Of a DNA stretch of 33,393 nt, positions 22,471 through 30,926 are shown piece after piece. The translations under genes and the position numbers were made by a program. Source of the stretch: an uncultured Trueperaceae bacterium (GTDB taxonomy: Bacteria; Deinococcota; Deinococci; Deinococcales; Trueperaceae); contig CBDUCW010000001.1 in NCBI GenBank assembly GCA_965365745.1, positions 1-33,393 of the forward strand, read 5' to 3'. The notes under the pieces were generated by a model that did not search any database, was not told the origin of the DNA, and worked only from the letters and a program-made list of their open reading frames with translations. How positions within the stretch are numbered: the first letter of the stretch is position 1; each line of letters opens with the position of its first letter.

Positions 22471-25153
22471 CGGCCTGCGCCATGTCGGGGCGTCCGCCGC
22501 CCCCGCCGCCGGCACGGCCGGCGACCTCGCGAATCAGGTTGCCGGCGTGCGCGCCCCGCGCCTGCGCCTCGTCGCTCGCCTTGGCGACGAGCATGGTTCC
22601 CGACGCGAGCACCACGAGGTCGGCGTCGCTCTTGGCGAGCATGGTGTCGGCCGCGTTGCGCAGCGCACCGCCGTCGAGCCCCTCGAGCACCTGCGTCGCG
22701 TAGCGGATGCCCGCCGCCTCGCGCACCGTCGAACGCGTGGCGCCGGCCGTCTGGGCGGCGGCCAGCTTGTCGCGCAGGGTCTGCGCCGTGCGCTGGCTGT
22801 CCTTGAGGTCGGTCTGCAACTTCGCCACCCGGTCGGCCAGCTCGTCGGGAGCGCCGCCGAGATCGCGAGCGAGGTCGGCCACGGTGCCCTTGAGTTCCTG
22901 CAGGTGGGCGATCGCCGGCATGCCGGCCAGCGCTTCGAGGCGACGGACGCCGGCCGAGACCGCCGATTCGCCGGTGATCACGAAGGCGCCGATCTCGCCC
23001 GTCCGCGCGACGTGCGTTCCCCCACACAGCTCGATCGAAATCGCGTCCTGGCCGGGCTGGCCGATGTCCTCGGCGCCCGGGCCCACCGACACCATGCGCA
23101 CCTCGGCGCCGTACTTCTCGCCGAAGAGCATCATCGCGCCCGCGTCGCGCGCGTCGGCGATGGGCACGGTGCGCCACTGCACGGCGAAGTCGGCCTGGAT
23201 CCAGCGGTTCACCAGCGTCTCGATGCGCGCGAGCTGGTCGGCGCCGATCGCTTCCGGGTGGCTCACGTCGAAGCGCAGCCGATCGGGGGCCACCAGCGAC
23301 CCCGCCTGGGCCACGTGGCTGCCGAGCTCGGCGCGCAGCGCGGCATGGAGCAGGTGGGTGGCAGTGTGGTGCTTCTGGGTCGCGGCGCGCGCCGGGTCGA
23401 CCCGGGCGGCGACCGTCTGCCCCTGGTGCAGCGTTCCGCGAACGATCCGGAGCTCGTGCAGGATCAGCCCCTGCCGACTCTTGGTCGTGCCCGTCACGCC
23501 GGCGGCGCCGCCGCTCCACTCGAGCTTTCCGGGGTCGCCGACCTGCCCCCCGCCCTCGGGGTAGAAGGGCGTCCGGTCGAGGATCGCGACGCCGCGGCGC
23601 CCCTCGCCGAGCGTGTCGACCTCGTCTTCGCCGTCGAGCAGGGCGACGACGGTGGCCTCGGCCTCGGTGCGGTCGTAGCCGACGAACTCGCTCTCGTCGC
23701 TGCGTTCGGCGATGCGGCCGAGCGCGTTGCCGTCGGCATGGAACAGCTCGCCGCCGGCGCCCCCGCCGCGGGAGGCCTCGCGCGCTTTCTCCCGCGCGCG
23801 GGCGTAGCCGTCGCGGTCGACGCCGAGACCCTCGGCAGCGGCCATCTCGAGCGTGATGTCGAGCGGGAAGCCGAACGTGTCCCAGAGCTCGAAGGCGACG
23901 TCGCCGGGGATCTCGTCGGCGCCGCGCGCGTTGACCTCGTCGATCACGCCGCGGACGCGGTCGATGCCGGACTGGCGGTACTTGAGGAATTGGCCCTCCT
24001 CGGCCTTGAGGACCGCTTGGATGCGCTCCTGGTTGGTCGCGATTTCGGGGTAGGCCGAGCCCATCGCCTCGACGACCTGGGGCACGAGGCCATGCAGGAC
24101 GGGGTCGCGGAGGCCGAGCATCCAGGCGTGCCGGGCGGCGCGGCGCAGCAGCATCTTCACGATGTAGCCCTCGCCGTCGTTCGAGGGGAGCACGCCGTCG
24201 GCGACCGCGAAGACGACCGCGCGCACGTGGTCGGCGATCACTCGGTGCGAGGTGCTCTCCATCCCTTCGTAGGGTTTCCCCGAGAGCTCGGCGACGCGCT
24301 GGATCGTGGGCTGGAACAGCGGCGTCGCGTAGGCGTCTTCGGCGCCCGTGACGACGGCGACGAAGCGTTCGAAGCCGAGGCCCGTGTCGATGTTCTGCTG
24401 CGGGAGCGGCTCGAGTTCGCCGCCGTCCTTGCGGTCGAACTGGGTGAACACCAGGTTCCAGACCTCGACGAAGCGATCGCCGCTGCCCGTGTTGGGTCCG
24501 TCCTCGTCGTCGCTGCCGTACTCGGGACCGCGGTCGTAGAAGATCTCGCTGCAGGGACCGCAGGGGCCGTTGGGGCCCTCGGACACGGCGTTGGCCGGCC
24601 AGAAGTTCTCGTCCTCGCCCCAGCGGCTGACGCGCTCGGCCGGCACGCCGACCTCGTTCACCCACACGTCGTAGGCGGGATCGTCGTCGGTGTAGATCGT
24701 CACGTACAGGCGCTCGGGGTCGAGCCCGACGACCTCGGTCAGGAACTCCCAGGCCCAGGCGGCCGCCTCGGGCTTGAAGTAGTCGCCGAACGAGAAGTTG
24801 CCGAGCATCTCGAAGAAGCTGTGGTGCCGAAGCGTCCGACCGACGTTCTCGATGTCGTTGATCCGGAGGCACTTCTGCGCCGTCGTGACGCGGTGATGCA
24901 CGCCCTCGTAGCCCGCGAACTTGGGCGTGGCGCCCAGGAAGTAGGGCTTGAACTGCACCATGCCGGCGCTCGTGAACATCAGCGTCGGGTCGTCGCTCTC
25001 GAGCGAGGCCGACGGATACACGAGGTGATCCTTGCCCTCGAAGAACTCGAGGAACAGGCGGCGAAGCGCATCGACGTCGACGTCGGTCGGGCGTCCTCGG
25101 CGCGCCTCGGCGGCGGCGGGTGCGGTGGGGGATGGGGAACGGGCGTCAGTCAC
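22391..25153 (-). CDS. alaS: alanine--tRNA ligase
   Basis: GTG 25153 is preceded by GGAGG. LRRLFLEFFEGKDHLVYPSASL..DPTLMFTSAGMVQFKPYFLG..RVTTAQKCLR..DIENVG.T.RHHSFFEMLGNFSFGDYFK. Editing domain HTATHLLH...CGGTH. C-terminal DHHA1-like region. Confidence 0.97.
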   Translation of the reverse strand: MTDARSPSPTAPAAAEARRGRPTDVDVDALRRLFLEFFEGKDHLVYPSASLESDDPTLMFTSAGMVQFKPYFLGATPKFAGYEGVHHRVTTAQKCLRINDIENVGRTLRHHSFFEMLGNFSFGDYFKPEAAAWAWEFLTEVVGLDPERLYVTIYTDDDPAYDVWVNEVGVPAERVSRWGEDENFWPANAVSEGPNGPCGPCSEIFYDRGPEYGSDDEDGPNTGSGDRFVEVWNLVFTQFDRKDGGELEPLPQQNIDTGLGFERFVAVVTGAEDAYATPLFQPTIQRVAELSGKPYEGMESTSHRVIADHVRAVVFAVADGVLPSNDGEGYIVKMLLRRAARHAWMLGLRDPVLHGLVPQVVEAMGSAYPEIATNQERIQAVLKAEEGQFLKYRQSGIDRVRGVIDEVNARGADEIPGDVAFELWDTFGFPLDITLEMAAAEGLGVDRDGYARAREKAREASRGGGAGGELFHADGNALGRIAERSDESEFVGYDRTEAEATVVALLDGEDEVDTLGEGRRGVAILDRTPFYPEGGGQVGDPGKLEWSGGAAGVTGTTKSRQGLILHELRIVRGTLHQGQTVAARVDPARAATQKHHTATHLLHAALRAELGSHVAQAGSLVAPDRLRFDVSHPEAIGADQLARIETLVNRWIQADFAVQWRTVPIADARDAGAMMLFGEKYGAEVRMVSVGPGAEDIGQPGQDAISIELCGGTHVARTGEIGAFVITGESAVSAGVRRLEALAGMPAIAHLQELKGTVADLARDLGGAPDELADRVAKLQTDLKDSQRTAQTLRDKLAAAQTAGATRSTVREAAGIRYATQVLEGLDGGALRNAADTMLAKSDADLVVLASGTMLVAKASDEAQARGAHAGNLIREVAGRAGGGGGGRPDMAQAGAKDADKVAAALDAVGEILEALAKGS

Positions 25154-25180
25154 GAGAGCCTCCGGTGAACACAGACGTGG

Positions 25181-25189
25181 AGTATAGCA
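25181..25189 (-). promoter_or_regulatory. extended -10 box TGCTATACT upstream of alaS
   Basis: Minus strand reads cccc TGCTATACT ccacgtctgtgttcacc GGAGG ctctc GTG. It implies a short leader of about 20 nt carrying only the SD. Confidence 0.45.
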
Positions 25190-25372
25190 GGGGCGAGTGG
25201 GGGCCGCTCGTCGCCGATGCGTCCTGCACGGCCTTCCTTCGCGGCGCCCCCGAGCGCCGACCGGGCCCGTGCGAACCAGCGCACCCCTCCGGGCCGACCC
25301 GGGCGAGCGGACCGGATGCGGCCGGAGGGGCGCGCAGGCCGACGGCAATGTGCCGCCGGGGGAATGTGTCGT

Positions 25373-25741
25373 CTAGGCCCGAATCACGCGGGCCGCATGG
25401 GGTTCGAGGATGCGCGCGAGCGTGTCGAGGGGCGCGTCGTCTCCGAGCTCGAGCGTGATCAGGCGGGCGCCATCGTCGGCGGTTTCGAGCATGTCCGCGA
25501 CCGCGTCGGGAAGGCGGGCCTCGCCGAGGGACGACGCCAGCGCCTGGGCCGTCGGATGCCCGCCTCCGGTGATCACCGTGGTGGCGCCGACCCCCGTGGC
25601 GGGGCCGCCGGCGCGTGTGGGCTCACGGCCGTCGTTCGCGTCGCGGACGTGCTCGATGGCGTCCCCGAAGCCGTTTCGATCGAGCGCGTCGCTGGCGGCG
25701 TCGAGGGCGGAACTGTCTGGGAACAGAGCGAAGATTCGCAT
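25373..25741 (-). CDS. small hypothetical protein (possibly YflT/general-stress-like fold)
   Basis: 122 aa. Strong SD AAGGAGG 6 nt before the ATG. MRIFALFPDSSALDAASDALDRNGFGDAIEHV.. The family assignment is tentative. Confidence 0.65.
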   Translation of the reverse strand: MRIFALFPDSSALDAASDALDRNGFGDAIEHVRDANDGREPTRAGGPATGVGATTVITGGGHPTAQALASSLGEARLPDAVADMLETADDGARLITLELGDDAPLDTLARILEPHAARVIRA

Positions 25742-25906
25742 GGAATCCTCCTTCCCGTGGAGCGGCGTCGAGGTGGGGGCGCGTACAGGCCGTGGTGGGC
25801 TCGGTGGCGCCGGACGCGCCCCGACCTCGTTCCCTTTGAGTATGGGTGCGCCGTCGGCGGAAGCATGGGAGCTGGCCTACACGGATTCGGCGCGGCCGGG
25901 GCGCGT

Positions 25907-25912
25907 TACGCT
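25907..25912 (+). promoter_or_regulatory. -10 box TACGCT, 7 nt before GTG 25920 (leaderless-type)
   Basis: gcgcgt TACGCT cgctgcc GTG CGC CGC. This is the same hexamer as the OMP promoter. The ATG 25842 alternative has neither an SD nor a -10 at the right distance. Confidence 0.35.
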
Positions 25913-25919
25913 CGCTGCC

Positions 25920-27068
25920 GTGCGCCGCCTCCCCACGCCCCTCCGAACGCTGCTGGCCGATCCGGTCCGCCGCCGCATGCTGCTCACGGGCTTCGCGACG
26001 TTCGTGCTGATCGGCGCCGCGCAGTCGATGTACGGCCCGGCGTTTCCGGCCTTCCGCGCCCGCTTCGGCATCGGCGAGCAGGCCGTCGGCTTCGTGGTCA
26101 GCGCGCACTTCCTGGGGTCGTTCGCGGCGATCGCGCTGTCGGGGCTCGTGCTGGCGCGGCTGGGGTACCGACGAAGCCTGGTGGGTGGCGCGGCCTGCCT
26201 CGCGGCGGGCCTCCTCGGGGTGTGGGTGGCGCCCAGCTGGGCGCTCGTGCTGGTCTCCGGAGCGCTCGTGGGCGTGGGCTTCGGGCTGCTCGACGTGGGC
26301 GTCAACCTGCTGTTCGTGCGCGGCTTCGAGCGCGGTCGGGCTCCCGCGCTCAACCTGTTGCACGCCATGTTCGGCGTCGGGGCCGTCCTCGGGCCGCTGC
26401 TCGTCGGCCTCCTGCTGCCGCGCTTCGGGATCGCGTTCCTGATCGCGGGGGTGCTGGGCCTGGCCGTGCTGCTCCCGCTGGCCCGGGTCGACGAACCCGA
26501 CGTTCCGCCGGCGCAGCCGGTCCCCTCGGTGGCCGTGCTGGCCGGCGTCGCCGGCTTCGCGCTGTTCTACTTCCTCTACGTCGCCGTGGAGGTGGGCGTC
26601 GCCTCGTGGGAAACCGAGTACCTGGCGCCGACGCTCGGGGTCGAAGCCGCCGCCGTGCTGCCGGCCCTGTTCTGGGGCGCGTTGATGGTGGGGCGGCTGG
26701 TGGCCGCCCCCTTGTCGGCGCGGCTCGGCCCGCGAACGCTGGTCCTCGGATCGGCCACGGTCGCGGTCGCTGGCGCGGCGGCCGCGCTCGCCTCGCCGTT
26801 CGCGCCGGCGGCCTACGTCGTGGTGGGGTTCGGCTTGGCGCCGATCTTTCCGACCGGCCTGGCCTGGTTGGAGCGGAGCTTCCCGGAGCGCTCGGAGCGC
26901 TTCGCCCCGGTGGTCGTCGCCGGCGCGAGCCTGGGGCCGGTGGCGACGGCCTGGTTGATCGGCGCGGCGGTCGAGGCGACCAGCCTGCGCGCGGTCCCCT
27001 GGTCGATCCTGGTGCTGGCCGGCGCCATGCTCGCGGTCGGCGTCGCCTTGGCGCTGCGGCACCGCTAG
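25920..27068 (+). CDS. MFS transporter
   Basis: (V)RRLPTPLRTLLADPVRRRMLLTGFATFVLIGAAQSMYGPAFP.. and about 12 helices. ATG 25842 is the alternative start; the rest of ORF 25410.. is antisense to the small gene. Confidence 0.85.
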   Translation: MRRLPTPLRTLLADPVRRRMLLTGFATFVLIGAAQSMYGPAFPAFRARFGIGEQAVGFVVSAHFLGSFAAIALSGLVLARLGYRRSLVGGAACLAAGLLGVWVAPSWALVLVSGALVGVGFGLLDVGVNLLFVRGFERGRAPALNLLHAMFGVGAVLGPLLVGLLLPRFGIAFLIAGVLGLAVLLPLARVDEPDVPPAQPVPSVAVLAGVAGFALFYFLYVAVEVGVASWETEYLAPTLGVEAAAVLPALFWGALMVGRLVAAPLSARLGPRTLVLGSATVAVAGAAAALASPFAPAAYVVVGFGLAPIFPTGLAWLERSFPERSERFAPVVVAGASLGPVATAWLIGAAVEATSLRAVPWSILVLAGAMLAVGVALALRHR

Positions 27069-27190
27069 CGCCCGATCTCGGGGCTCGAGCGAAGCGAGCT
27101 CGGCCGGGGATTCGACCGGGGAGCCTCGTCCGGGCAGCACCGTCGTCGCGCCCGATTCCCCGACGACGACCGGGATGCCCCGACGCTCTT

Positions 27191-27199
27191 TGCTAGGCT
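27191..27199 (+). promoter_or_regulatory. extended -10 box TGCTAGGCT, 7 nt before GTG 27207 (leaderless-type)
   Basis: ctcttTGCTAGGCTcgggctcGTG. The box and spacing are identical to those at 5468-5476. Confidence 0.5.
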
Positions 27200-27206
27200 C
27201 GGGCTC

Positions 27207-27896
27207 GTGCGCGCACTCCTGCTCGACCTCGACGGAACCCTGACCGACAGCGATCCGCTGCACTACCGCCTGTGGCGCGACGTGCTCGCCGAGCACGGCG
27301 TGGCGATGGACGAGGCCCGCTACCGCCGGGAGATCTCGGGGCGGCTCAACCCCGACATCGTCGCCGACCTGCTTCCCCACCTCGGCGCCGACGAGGCGCT
27401 CGAGGTCGCCCGGCAGAAGGAGGCCAGCTTCCGCGAGCACGCCGGCGAGCTGGAGCGCCTTCCGGGCCTCACCCGACTGCTCGACCGCGCCCGCGCGCAG
27501 GGGCTCGCCCTGGCGCTCGTCACCAACGCTCCGCGGGCGAACGCCGCCTTCATGCTGCGCGCGATCGGCCTCGAGGGGGCGTTCGACGTCGAGGTGCTCG
27601 CGGGCGAGCTGGCGCGTGGCAAGCCCGACCCGCTCGCCTACCGGACGGCGCTCGAGCGGCTCGAGTTGCGCCCCGAGGACGCGGTGGCCTTCGAGGACTC
27701 CCCCTCGGGCGTCCGCAGCGCCAGCGGGGCCGGCGTCCTCACCGTCGGCATGACGACCGGGCACGCGCCCGAGGTCCTGGTCCGCGCCGGCGCCGCCACG
27801 ACCGCGGCGGACTTCACCGAGGCGGCGCTGTGGGCCGCGGGCGGGCCGCTCGCTCCGCTCGCCGAGGCCGGCTCGAGCGGCGACGCGGCGTCGTGA
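27207..27896 (+). CDS. HAD-IA family hydrolase (beta-phosphoglucomutase/phosphatase-like)
   Basis: LLLDLDGTLTDSD (motif I), LVTNAPR (motif II), GKPDP (motif III), FEDSPSGVRSA (motif IV). Confidence 0.85.
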   Translation: MRALLLDLDGTLTDSDPLHYRLWRDVLAEHGVAMDEARYRREISGRLNPDIVADLLPHLGADEALEVARQKEASFREHAGELERLPGLTRLLDRARAQGLALALVTNAPRANAAFMLRAIGLEGAFDVEVLAGELARGKPDPLAYRTALERLELRPEDAVAFEDSPSGVRSASGAGVLTVGMTTGHAPEVLVRAGAATTAADFTEAALWAAGGPLAPLAEAGSSGDAAS

Positions 27897-27932
27897 ACGG
27901 CGCGTCGGCCACGGGGCCCTGACGGTCCGCCG

Positions 27933-28487
27933 ATGAGCGACCTCCCGCCCTCCGTCCCGCAGCCGCCCGGAGCTCGCGCCTCCCGCGTCGAGGCCGCGGC
28001 GTGGATCGCCCGGCTCGGCCTCGAGCGGCACCCGGAGGGCGGCTGGTACCGGTCGATCTACCGCTCGTCCACCGAGCTCGCCGACGACGCGCTGGCGGCC
28101 ACGCACGGGGGGCCGCGGGCGGCGATGACGGTCATCCACTACCTGCTCGAGCACCCCGACGTGTCGCGCCTGCACCGCCTCGCGTCCGACGAGACGTGGC
28201 ACTTCCACGCCGGGCGGCCGCTCCGGATCGTCGCCTTCGACGACGCGGGGGGCTGCGAGACCACCGTGCTGGGCCCCGGAGGCAACCACGCCTTCGTGGC
28301 CGCGGTCCCGGCCGGCCGCGTGTTCGGCGCCGAGCTCGTGGACGGCGGCTGGGCGTTGGTGAGCTGCGTCGTCGCCCCCGGCTTCGACTTCGACGACTTC
28401 GAGCTGATCGCCGCCGACGAGCTCGGCGAGGTCGCCGACGAGTGCGTCGACACCGTGCAGCGGCTGACGGCCCCGCGCGAACCCTAG
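27933..28487 (+). CDS. cupin-fold protein, DUF985 (YML079w-like)
   Basis: LGLERHPEGGWYRSIYRS..IHYLLE....S.LHRL.SDETWHFHAG.PL...........VLGP......VVPAG..FGAE.....ALVSCVVAPGFDFDDFEL. Confidence 0.75.
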   Translation: MSDLPPSVPQPPGARASRVEAAAWIARLGLERHPEGGWYRSIYRSSTELADDALAATHGGPRAAMTVIHYLLEHPDVSRLHRLASDETWHFHAGRPLRIVAFDDAGGCETTVLGPGGNHAFVAAVPAGRVFGAELVDGGWALVSCVVAPGFDFDDFELIAADELGEVADECVDTVQRLTAPREP

Positions 28488-28495
28488 GCGGCCCC

Positions 28496-29296
28496 GTGGA
28501 GATCCACCTCGGGACGGGCGGCTGGTCGAACGACGACTGGATCGGGATCCTCTACCCGGAGGGCACCGCGAAGCGCGACTACCTGTCGATCTACGCCCGC
28601 CACTTCCACGCCGTCGAGCTCAACAGCAGCTTCTACGCCATCCCCGGGATCAAGGCCTTCGAGGGGATGCTGCGCAATTCCGGGGGGCGCGTGCGCTTCG
28701 CGGTCAAGGCCCACCGGAGCTTCACGCACGACCGCGACGGGACCGCCGACCTGGCCCAGCGCCTGCGGGAGTCGGTCGCGCCGCTGCGCGATGCCGGCAT
28801 GCTCGGGCCGATCCTGCTGCAGTTCCCGTACAGCTTTCACCGCACGCCGGCCAACCGTCGCTGGCTGGCCGACCTCTTCACCTGGTTCGACGACGAGACG
28901 CTGGCCGTCGAGTTCCGCAACGCGGCGTGGCACGTCGAGCCGGTGCGGGCGAGCTTCCGCGAGATGGGGCTGACCTGGGTGTCGGTCGACTACCCGCAGG
29001 TGCGCGGCATGCCGGCGCCCGACCTCGTGGTGACGTCGCCCATCGCCTACCTGCGGATGCACGGCCGCAACGAGGACGCCTGGTACGGCGCTTCGAGCGC
29101 CGCCGCGCGGCACGACTACCGCTACGCCCGCGACGAACTGCGCACCTGGGTGCAGTGGATCGCCGCCGCGCGCGAGGAGCTCGAGCAGGTCTACGTGATG
29201 ATGCAGAACACCACGAAGGGGCATGCGATCCACGACTTGCGAACCCTCGCCGAGCTGCTTCGCGAGCACGACCTCGAGGCGCCGCTCGAGCTGTAG
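28496..29296 (+). CDS. DUF72 (YecE/UPF0759) family protein
   Basis: (V)EIHLGTGGWSNDDWIGILYPEG...DYLSIYARHFHAVELNSSFYAIP...RFAVKAHRSFTH...ILLQFPYSF...AVEFRNAAW....YLRMHGRN is the typical DUF72 pattern. GTG 28496 lies 9 nt after the cupin stop. Confidence 0.85.
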   Translation: MEIHLGTGGWSNDDWIGILYPEGTAKRDYLSIYARHFHAVELNSSFYAIPGIKAFEGMLRNSGGRVRFAVKAHRSFTHDRDGTADLAQRLRESVAPLRDAGMLGPILLQFPYSFHRTPANRRWLADLFTWFDDETLAVEFRNAAWHVEPVRASFREMGLTWVSVDYPQVRGMPAPDLVVTSPIAYLRMHGRNEDAWYGASSAAARHDYRYARDELRTWVQWIAAAREELEQVYVMMQNTTKGHAIHDLRTLAELLREHDLEAPLEL

Positions 29297-29339
29297 GCGC
29301 GGCTCCCACAAAGCGCCATTGCCGGGCCGAATTCGTGCG

Positions 29340-29348
29340 TGCTAGGGT
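29340..29348 (+). promoter_or_regulatory. possible extended -10 box TGCTAGGGT far upstream of the sugar ABC operon
   Basis: It has the same TGCTAGGnT form as the two leaderless promoters, but here it is about 290 nt upstream of ATG 29636 with no start codon at the leaderless distance. Confidence 0.3.
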
Positions 29349-29635
29349 CGCGCCAAGCCCACAAGGGAACCGTCCGAGCCCCCCCGGACGCTTCCGTCCA
29401 GCTCGAGCCGCGCCGCCCCTCGGCGCGGGATCTCGGTGCATCCGCTGCGGGACCGAGACGGGTCGTCGGCCGCCCCCGACCGAACGACCGTCGACCGGCC
29501 CCTCCGCCGGTGGAGGAGGTGAAGGTACAGGCTCGACCCAGGACGTCCGCACCCGGCGGCGTCCGGCCTTCTCGCCCGGCGTCGGCACCCCACGCCGACC
29601 GGGCCCCTCGCTCGAAGGAGTCCGTCATGAAGCGC

Positions 29636-30880
29636 TTGCTCCTCTCCCTCGTCATCGTCCTGGCCTGCGGCTCGCTCGCGGTCGCTCAGCAAGTCTCCGT
29701 GTTCATCGGCTCGCGCCAACCGCTCGACCTGCTCACCGAACTCGTCGCCCCGTTCGAGGCCGAGACCGGCATCGACGTGGTGTTCGAGATCGGCGGCAAC
29801 ACCGCCGAGATCCAGCGTCAGTACCTCAACACCGTCCTGCAGTCGCAGAGCGACGACATCGACATCTTCATCATCGACGTCACCGAGCCGGCCCGCTACG
29901 CCGCCGCCGGCTGGGCCGAGCCGCTCAACGCCTACTTCGAGAGCGACGCCGAAATGATGGCGTACCTCGAGGCGTTCCTGCCCGGTCCGGTCGAGGCCGA
30001 CCTGATCGACGGCACCCTCTACGCGCTGCCGAGCTACACCGACGCGCAGTTCCTCTACTACCGCAGCGACCTGCTCGACAAGTACGGCTTCGCGCCGCCG
30101 ACGACCTGGGACGAAATGGTCAGCCAGGCGATCGCCATCCTGCAGGGCGAGAACGATTCCAGCCTGCAGGGCTTCAACTACCAGGGCGCCGCCATCGAGG
30201 GCGCCAACTGCACCTTCCTCGAGCCGCTGTGGACCGCGGGCGGAAACTGGCGCAACGACGCCGGTGAGATCACCGTCAACACGTACGAGGGCCGCCGCGC
30301 GATGAACTTCCTGCTCTCGACGATGGACATCGGCATCACCAAGCCCAACATCGCCGAGACCGCCACCGACGACAGCCGCACCGAGTTCCAGGCCGGCGAC
30401 GTCGTGTTCATGCTGAATTGGGGCTACGTCTGGTCGCGCTCGCAGGGCGACGAGGACAGCCAGGTCGTCGGCAAGGTCGGCGTCGCGCCGCTGCCCTCCT
30501 TCGCCGGCTTCGACTCGGCCACCTGCATCGGCGGCTGGCAGTGGGCGGTCAACGCCTACAGCAGCGAGAAGCAGGCCGCCTTCGACACGGCGCGATTCCT
30601 GGCGAGCGAAGAGGTCATGAAGGCGCTCGCCATCGAAGCGAGCCGCATCCCGGCCCGCTACAGCCTGTACGAGGACGCCGAAGTCCTCGAGGCCGCTCCG
30701 CACTACGGCGCCTTCTTCGACGTGATCGTCAACGCGCGCCCGCGCCCGGTCACGGCCTACTACGGCGAGGTGTCGGACCTGATCCGCACCACCGTCAACG
30801 CGATGCTGGCACGAAGCATCAGCGCCGACGAGGCCCTGGAGCAGATCCAGTTCGGCCTCGAGGACATCGTCGGGCAGTAG
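29636..30880 (+). CDS. ABC transporter extracellular sugar-binding protein (family 1, maltose/trehalose-type)
   Basis: AAGGAG then ATG. Signal peptide MKRLLLSLVIVLACGSLAVAQQ. IDIFIIDV, GTLYALPSYTDAQFLYYRSDLL, TWDEM, GGWQWAVNAYS are typical of this family. The in-frame 99 codons upstream are Arg/Pro junk. Confidence 0.9.
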   Translation: MLLSLVIVLACGSLAVAQQVSVFIGSRQPLDLLTELVAPFEAETGIDVVFEIGGNTAEIQRQYLNTVLQSQSDDIDIFIIDVTEPARYAAAGWAEPLNAYFESDAEMMAYLEAFLPGPVEADLIDGTLYALPSYTDAQFLYYRSDLLDKYGFAPPTTWDEMVSQAIAILQGENDSSLQGFNYQGAAIEGANCTFLEPLWTAGGNWRNDAGEITVNTYEGRRAMNFLLSTMDIGITKPNIAETATDDSRTEFQAGDVVFMLNWGYVWSRSQGDEDSQVVGKVGVAPLPSFAGFDSATCIGGWQWAVNAYSSEKQAAFDTARFLASEEVMKALAIEASRIPARYSLYEDAEVLEAAPHYGAFFDVIVNARPRPVTAYYGEVSDLIRTTVNAMLARSISADEALEQIQFGLEDIVGQ

Positions 30881-30890
30881 CCCGAACCAC

Positions 30891-30920
30891 GGGGGCTCTC
30901 CGGAGCCCCCATCTTTTCTC
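30891..30920 (+). terminator. intrinsic terminator/attenuator after the binding-protein gene
   Basis: GGGGGCTC-tccg-GAGCCCCC is an 8-bp stem followed by aTCTTTTCTC. It is the only hairpin in the window with a clear T-tract. Confidence 0.6.
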
Positions 30921-30926
30921 TCTCCT

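Noticed and set aside
25154-25372. Possible T-box riboswitch leader upstream of alaS.
   Set aside because: The best promoter (TGCTATACT) is only about 28 nt from the GTG. I also could not find the conserved T-box sequence or a specifier-loop arrangement in the 219-nt spacer on the minus strand.
28482-28498. TAGGCG box 5 nt before the DUF72 GTG, considered as another leaderless promoter.
   Set aside because: The hexamer lacks the conserved final T, and the TAG is simply the cupin stop codon. Co-transcription with the upstream genes is the simpler explanation.
29339-29635. N-terminal extension of the sugar-binding protein from GTG 29339 (the ORF track gives 513 aa).
   Set aside because: The extension is Arg/Pro-rich with many A/T-ending codons. 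The internal ATG 29636 has an AAGGAG SD and begins a textbook signal peptide.
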